A stretch of DNA of 51,123 nt from Pseudomonadota bacterium (lineage in GTDB: Bacteria; Vulcanimicrobiota; Xenobia; RGZZ01). Shown in pieces: positions 46,434 through 51,123 of the stretch. Below the pieces are notes generated by a model. That model had not been told where the DNA came from and did no database searches. It saw only the letters and a list, made by a program, of their open reading frames with translations. The position numbers and the translations under genes are program-made. Within the stretch, counting starts at the first letter, position 1. Every line of letters starts with the position of its first letter. The stretch covers positions 1 to 51,123 of the forward strand of contig RGZZ01000001.1 in the NCBI GenBank assembly GCA_010028905.1. Reading direction: 5' to 3'.

Positions 46434-48518
46434 ATGAACCCGGAACTGCGATGGACGATCTACGAGCAGCAGGCGGCCCAGGGCGCGGCCGATGCGGCCT
46501 ATGAGCAGGCGTGGGGGCGACGGATGGCCGATGAGCTGCGCGCCACGGGTGCTGTGCGCATGACGCCGAGCCAGGCGCTGTCTCTACCTGATCTGGTGAT
46601 GGTGTCGTTCTATCGCGCGCTTGCGGGTGACCATCGGCTGAAGCCGGCCTTCGATTCTTCGTGGATGCTCGACACCGACTTCGCGTTCGTGAACATCCGC
46701 GCGTGCAGCCCTGACCCGACCCGCACCGGCCGCGTCACCGACGCGCTCAAGATCCTCCCCACCATGCGGGTGAGCGGCATCCACCTGGCCCCGTTCTTCG
46801 ACAACACCCTCGAGAACCTGTATGCGGTCGACAGCGTGCGCGTCGTCTCTGATGCGGTGCTCGATCCCTCGCTGGTCGAGGCGGGGCTCGATGGCGACGC
46901 GCAGATCTGCCTGCTGGTCGACGCCATCCACACCCTGGGGTGGCGCGTGGGGTTCGATCTTGAGCCCCACACGAGCAACTTCTCGCGTATCGCGCTGGCC
47001 AATCCGAAGTGCTTCCGATGGGTGCGCCTCTCGCCCGATCGCAAGACCCTGTACGGCAAGGTCACACAAGAGAAGATGCTCACGCCCACGGCGCAGAAGC
47101 GCCTCGTGAAAGAGGTGTCGGCCATCGTCGCCGACACCCTCGCGCGCCACGGGCTCAAGGCGGTTGAAGACCTCTCGAAGGGCGTGGCGGCCGTGCGGGC
47201 CTGCCACGATGAGACCCTGCATCGGCTCATCGACGAGGGATACTGGACCCTTCCCAGCCACACGTGGAGCGGCGCGGGCCTGCCACGCTACGAACACTGG
47301 GTCGAGAAGGGGCTGTTCAGCCACCCCGACTACACCTATCTCAACGCGGCCGGCGAAGATCAGCGCGAGCACGCCTTTGGCATGCTCAGCCCCTACAAGC
47401 TGTTCGATCACCTGCCCATCAACGGGGTCGCCACGAGCGACGATCCGCCCGTGCCGGTGCCCGAGGCGCACGCCTTGCTGCAGGGCATCTTCCCCGATGT
47501 GCAGGCCCGCTACGGCTTCGATTTCGTGCGGCTCGACTACGTCGATCACGTCTTTGATTCGACCGTCGACGGAGACTGGACGCTTCCCGTGAGCGATCGC
47601 CTCGCTCCACGCACCCTCGAGAGCCTCTTGGCGGCGGCGCGTCGCGCGCGGCCCGAGACGGGGGCCATGGCCGAGCGCATGGGCGTCGATGTAGAAGACT
47701 ACGGCGCCCTTGGCTTCGACCTGCTGCTGGGCAGCGATGTGCTCACCGCCATGCACGACGACTATGTCACCTTCATGCTCGACCTGCAGCGCGAGCTCGA
47801 CAATGCCGATGCACACGCCCCACGCCCCATGACCCGCCTGGCGCCACGACCCGCGGGCCACGTCGATGGTGACGGCGCGCGGCGCTGCTCGGTGCTCGCC
47901 GCGGTCGACACCCACGACAGCGGCCATCCCTTGTTCTGGACGAAGCCGCTCTCTGACGTGGTGGGGCCCGAGGGCCTGCACCTGCGCCACTTCCTGGCGC
48001 GCTTCACGACGTGCGGATCGCGGCGCCGGCCGAAGTACGAGGTCATGGGCAATCAAGACATGTCGAGCGGGCTGTACGAGGCCAACAACAAGCCCGTGTC
48101 GCTCACATGGGCCGACGATCGCGCCTACAACGCCCGCTACCACGCCATTGAAGACGTGTTCGAATCGCTACGCCCCTTCCTCGCGGAGGCACGCATGGGG
48201 CTGTCGTACGTCGACCGCGAGGACCACTGGGCGGCCTGGTTCCTCGAGGGGGAGAACGAGCGCCTGCTCTGCGTCGCCGCCCTCGAGCCCAACGTGGGCC
48301 GGGTGGCCAGCTGGCTCGCCTCGCCGCCGGTGCTCGAGCCTACCGGGCGAATCACCATCGATGTGTGCGTGGGGCGCGACTGGGGCTGGGCCACGGTGAC
48401 CGCGCTGCCCATCGATGGAGGTGAGGCAGAGGTCGTGGGGCTCGACGGCAAGATGCTGAGCCTCGATTCACTTGCGCGCCAGGGGTGCCGCGCATATCGG
48501 GTGGTGCGGGCGGGGTAG
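46434..48518 (+). CDS. Alpha-amylase family (GH13-like) protein
   Basis: Start trimmed to ATG 46434 (GAGGAGAAGG upstream). GH13 conserved regions by eye: VGFDLEPHTSN (I), GFDFVRLDYVDHV (II), GAMAERMG (III) and AAVDTHDSG (IV). No signal peptide. Confidence 0.72.
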   Translation: MNPELRWTIYEQQAAQGAADAAYEQAWGRRMADELRATGAVRMTPSQALSLPDLVMVSFYRALAGDHRLKPAFDSSWMLDTDFAFVNIRACSPDPTRTGRVTDALKILPTMRVSGIHLAPFFDNTLENLYAVDSVRVVSDAVLDPSLVEAGLDGDAQICLLVDAIHTLGWRVGFDLEPHTSNFSRIALANPKCFRWVRLSPDRKTLYGKVTQEKMLTPTAQKRLVKEVSAIVADTLARHGLKAVEDLSKGVAAVRACHDETLHRLIDEGYWTLPSHTWSGAGLPRYEHWVEKGLFSHPDYTYLNAAGEDQREHAFGMLSPYKLFDHLPINGVATSDDPPVPVPEAHALLQGIFPDVQARYGFDFVRLDYVDHVFDSTVDGDWTLPVSDRLAPRTLESLLAAARRARPETGAMAERMGVDVEDYGALGFDLLLGSDVLTAMHDDYVTFMLDLQRELDNADAHAPRPMTRLAPRPAGHVDGDGARRCSVLAAVDTHDSGHPLFWTKPLSDVVGPEGLHLRHFLARFTTCGSRRRPKYEVMGNQDMSSGLYEANNKPVSLTWADDRAYNARYHAIEDVFESLRPFLAEARMGLSYVDREDHWAAWFLEGENERLLCVAALEPNVGRVASWLASPPVLEPTGRITIDVCVGRDWGWATVTALPIDGGEAEVVGLDGKMLSLDSLARQGCRAYRVVRAG

Positions 48519-48679
48519 GGGGGCGAAAGCAGGCGCTCGCTGCTTCGCTCGGGGAATATCACCCAGGCGCCCCTCGGCACTGCTGGCAGCGATGCGGAAT
48601 GTTCGCTGGCAAGGCCGAGGAGAAGGTTGCGCCCCGCGGCTTGCGCTACGGAGACTACAACGCTCTGGAGGACCTCCCC

Positions 48680-49135
48680 ATGTCTCGTGCTCGATCTCGT
48701 TCGTGGACTCTCCTGCTTGGGGCCGTCATTCTCCTCACATCCGTGCAACTGGTGGCTGTCAGCTTGCCGGGTCTGGCTTCGTCTGGCATCGAGGTGCGCC
48801 GTGAGGGTCGTTCCTGGGCCACAATGGAAGACGATGGCAACATCCGCATCAATGGGGTCAGTGTCGGCCGCATCGATCGCGATGGCACGGTACGCCGAGA
48901 CGGGCGACGCGTCGGTCGTGTCGAGGCCGACGGTGACATCTACCGGGAGGGACGTCACTACGGCAAGATTCACGATGACGGCACGTTGCGCGTCGATGGC
49001 CGCAGTGTGGGCCGCATCGCCACAGACGGCGACATCCATCGCAACGGCCGCTCGTGGGGAAGAGCCCGTCCCTACAACGTGGGCGATCGCTTCTGGATCG
49101 CCGCTCTGCTCGTGTTCTTCAGCGGAGACCTCTGA
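48680..49135 (+). CDS. Membrane-anchored protein composed of six 16-residue repeats
   Basis: Start trimmed to ATG 48680 (GGAGG 9 nt upstream). N-terminal anchor WTLLLGAVILLTSVQLVAV. Repeats follow G-x-[IVL]-[RYH]-x-x-G-[RV]-x-x-G-[RK]-[IV]-x-x-D across 48785-49075. Hydrophobic C-terminus FWIAALLVFF. Confidence 0.7.
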   Translation: MSRARSRSWTLLLGAVILLTSVQLVAVSLPGLASSGIEVRREGRSWATMEDDGNIRINGVSVGRIDRDGTVRRDGRRVGRVEADGDIYREGRHYGKIHDDGTLRVDGRSVGRIATDGDIHRNGRSWGRARPYNVGDRFWIAALLVFFSGDL

Positions 49136-49457
49136 GCGGGGGAGCGACACGAAGTCTGGCCGGTTAACGATCTGGTCGCCCGCCATTCGCGTTGTTCGGC
49201 TCGTTCACAGCGACGTTGAGCATCAGTTCGGGGAGGGTAGGGCATCGACAGCCATCGTCGCCTCAGGGCGCGCTCCCAGGCTGTTCGCCTCCCTCGGTGC
49301 GCGCGCCACGGCAAGGACTCTCGTGCTGCGTCCGCGAAGGGCGCCTTGGCGCGATTCCACGCGCGTCACGGAGCGTAGCCCGTGACTTCGGGCTGGCGCT
49401 GGGCCATGTCTCCCGCTTCCAGGGAATGTGGGCTGCGAACGAGTCGACAGGAGCGAC

Positions 49458-50477
49458 GTGCTGAACGAGCGTTACGAGCCGCTGGGCGTGCTGGGCGAGG
49501 GAGGCTTCGCAGAGGTGCTGCGCGTGCGCGACCAGCGCCTCGGGCGTGAGGTTGCTCTCAAGCGACCGCTCGCAAGCAGCACGTCCGCCGCCGACGTTGA
49601 GGCCTTCCAGAAGGAGGCCCGCCTGACCAGCATGCTCGAGCACCCGAGCATCGCCCCGCTCTACGACAGCGACGTCGATGCCTCCGGACTCCCCTTCCTC
49701 TGTCTGCGGGTGGTTCGGGGCCGCACCATGGCCGAGATCATCGAGCGTCTCAACGAGGGTGACGCGGCGCTCTTCGAAGCCTATCCCTATCGTGAGCGGA
49801 TTGCCATCTTTCTCAAGGTCTGTGAAGCGGTGGCGCACGCGCACGACAATGGGATCTATCACCGCGACATCAAGCCCGGCAACATCATGATCGGAGATCT
49901 CGGCCAGGTGTTCCTCCTCGACTGGGGTCTGGCGCGGCGAGAGGATCCGACAGTGCGCGATCGCGCTGACTCTGCGAATTTCTTCAAGGGAACCCTTCTC
50001 TACGCTCCTCCTGAAGCTGTTGTCGGTGAGCCTTTCACGGCCCAGTCCGACCTCTACTCCCTGGGAGCCACTCTCTATGAGTGGCTTTCGCTTCGCCCGC
50101 TCTTTGAGGGCAAGGATGGTGGTGCCGTGTTGATGGCCGTGCTCGACGAAGAGCCCGTCAGTCCATACAACCACAGGCACCCGATTCAGGGCAGGGTACC
50201 CATCGAGATCTCTCGCATCATCATGGGAACGCTGGCGAAGAACAAGGCCAGACGTCCCGCTTCGGTGCACGCGTTCGCGGCTCGGCTACGTACCTGGCTC
50301 CAGGGTGAGGTCAAGCCGGAGTGCCCCTGCACGGTGGTCAAGTTCACGTTTGAGCACCTGATGGAGTGGGTGAACAACCGCCCGCTGCTCGCCCCTTTCC
50401 TCCTGTTGTGGCTGCTCTATCCGGCCATCGCCCTGTTGCAGGTGCTGCTCGACAGGCTGCTGTGGAACGTGCCCTGA
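49458..50477 (+). CDS. Ser/Thr protein kinase (Hanks type) with a C-terminal TM anchor
   Basis: GEGGFAEV, VALK, HRDIKPGNIM, DWG (in place of DFG) and YAPPE. GTG 49458 has AGGAG upstream. C-terminal helix LLAPFLLLWLLYPAIALLQVLL. Confidence 0.88.
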   Translation: MLNERYEPLGVLGEGGFAEVLRVRDQRLGREVALKRPLASSTSAADVEAFQKEARLTSMLEHPSIAPLYDSDVDASGLPFLCLRVVRGRTMAEIIERLNEGDAALFEAYPYRERIAIFLKVCEAVAHAHDNGIYHRDIKPGNIMIGDLGQVFLLDWGLARREDPTVRDRADSANFFKGTLLYAPPEAVVGEPFTAQSDLYSLGATLYEWLSLRPLFEGKDGGAVLMAVLDEEPVSPYNHRHPIQGRVPIEISRIIMGTLAKNKARRPASVHAFAARLRTWLQGEVKPECPCTVVKFTFEHLMEWVNNRPLLAPFLLLWLLYPAIALLQVLLDRLLWNVP

Positions 50478-50628
50478 TGCGCGAAGCGCCGAGGGGTTGC
50501 TCGCGCGTGGGGGCGAGCGCGCAGCAGTATGGGAAGAGCGGGTCGGTCGTCAATTCGTCGCCCATACACGGAGCGGTGCTTGTGCTCGAGACGCGGGAAC
50601 GTCTCTTGGGCTCGGGCAACGGCGTGAT

Positions 50629-51123
50629 TTGAAAGCAAGGTTCGCCCTCGTGGCAGTGGTGGCGGTGCTCGCGGGGTGGTGGCTCTGGCCGACGGGCAAG
50701 CGCTATCCACCGGGGGTTCTTGTGCCCGCCGATCCGAAGATCACCCCCGTCACGGGGGCCTCGCCCTTCCCCTACCTCGCGCATGATCGCCGCTACGACC
50801 TCACGCCCCAGGCGTCATACACGCTGCAGGCACGGGTGCTGTCGGTCAACCTTGAGTACGGCGATTCGCTCATCGGCCCCGTTGATCTCACCGTGGGCTG
50901 GGGTGCCATGTCCGACCAGGCGGTGCTCGACCGCATGCAGATCTGGCAGGACAACACCCGTCACTGGTTCTGCAAGCCCAAGGGTGATTGGCCCATCTCT
51001 CCAGACGAGGTCGCCCATCATGCGGTGAACACCCATCTCATTCCCGCAAGCCCCCAGATCGAGAAGGCGCTGCTGGCACTGGGGAAGGGCGACCTCATCT
51101 CTCTCGAGGGGAAGCTGGTGAAC
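50629..51123 (+). CDS. Membrane-anchored hypothetical protein, partial (runs off the right edge)
   Basis: Not in the track because it has no stop. My translation from TTG 50629 reads (M)KARFALVAVVAVLAGWWLWPTGKRYPPGVLVPADPKITPV…DLTVGWGAMSDQAVLDRMQIWQDNTRHWFCKPKGDWP…. Good codon usage. Start uncertain and no family recognised. Confidence 0.5.
   Translation, partial: MKARFALVAVVAVLAGWWLWPTGKRYPPGVLVPADPKITPVTGASPFPYLAHDRRYDLTPQASYTLQARVLSVNLEYGDSLIGPVDLTVGWGAMSDQAVLDRMQIWQDNTRHWFCKPKGDWPISPDEVAHHAVNTHLIPASPQIEKALLALGKGDLISLEGKLVN

Noticed and set aside
46584-48143. 519-aa minus-strand ORF opposite the GH13-like gene; likewise 27839-29452 (+), 34909-36810 (+), 14069-15079 (-), 49263-50270 (-), 7-753 (+) and 609-1769 (+)
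   Set aside because: All lie antisense to better-supported genes and have compositionally biased, motif-free translations.

Overview
GC-rich (about two-thirds G+C by eye), densely coding bacterial chromosomal segment. I call about 47 protein genes and see no rRNA, tRNA, CRISPR array, transposase or integrase. Many long ORFs in the track are antisense shadows or upstream over-extensions typical of high-GC DNA; I trimmed starts using family knowledge and Shine-Dalgarno sequences.

Left and middle (1-40 kb) are mostly housekeeping:
- CDF transporter (partial), sdaA and a dienelactone hydrolase.
- A Firmicutes-type stress/repair block, mcsA-mcsB-clpC-radA-yacL(PIN/TRAM)-ispD, on the minus strand, with no ctsR, disA or ispF.
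- Type III glutamine synthetase (glnN), miaA, a KdpD/KdpE-like two-component pair and an M13 metallopeptidase.
- A long minus-strand run: pgk-tpiA-secG-solute-binding protein-cystathionine gamma-synthase family-DUF3857/transglutaminase-like-ispE-nucleotidyltransferase-HD-GYP.
- A fused formimidoyltransferase-cyclodeaminase, a chlorite-dismutase-like hemQ, and a GT2/methyltransferase pair.

The right end (40-51 kb) looks more accessory:
- Two tandem prepilin-type paralogs.
- A Zn-ribbon membrane protein.
- A DUF2760 protein tightly followed by a 943-aa non-canonical Hsp70, then a GH13-like enzyme.
- A membrane-anchored protein made of six 16-residue repeats.
- A membrane-anchored Ser/Thr kinase.

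The best candidate for an uncharacterised system is the DUF2760 + giant atypical Hsp70 module (42953-46390) and its neighbours. Second is a small gene with its own terminator encoding a peptide with three CxCC clusters, written by a perfect 27-nt direct repeat (3020-3283). All family assignments come from reading motifs in the translations; no database search was run.
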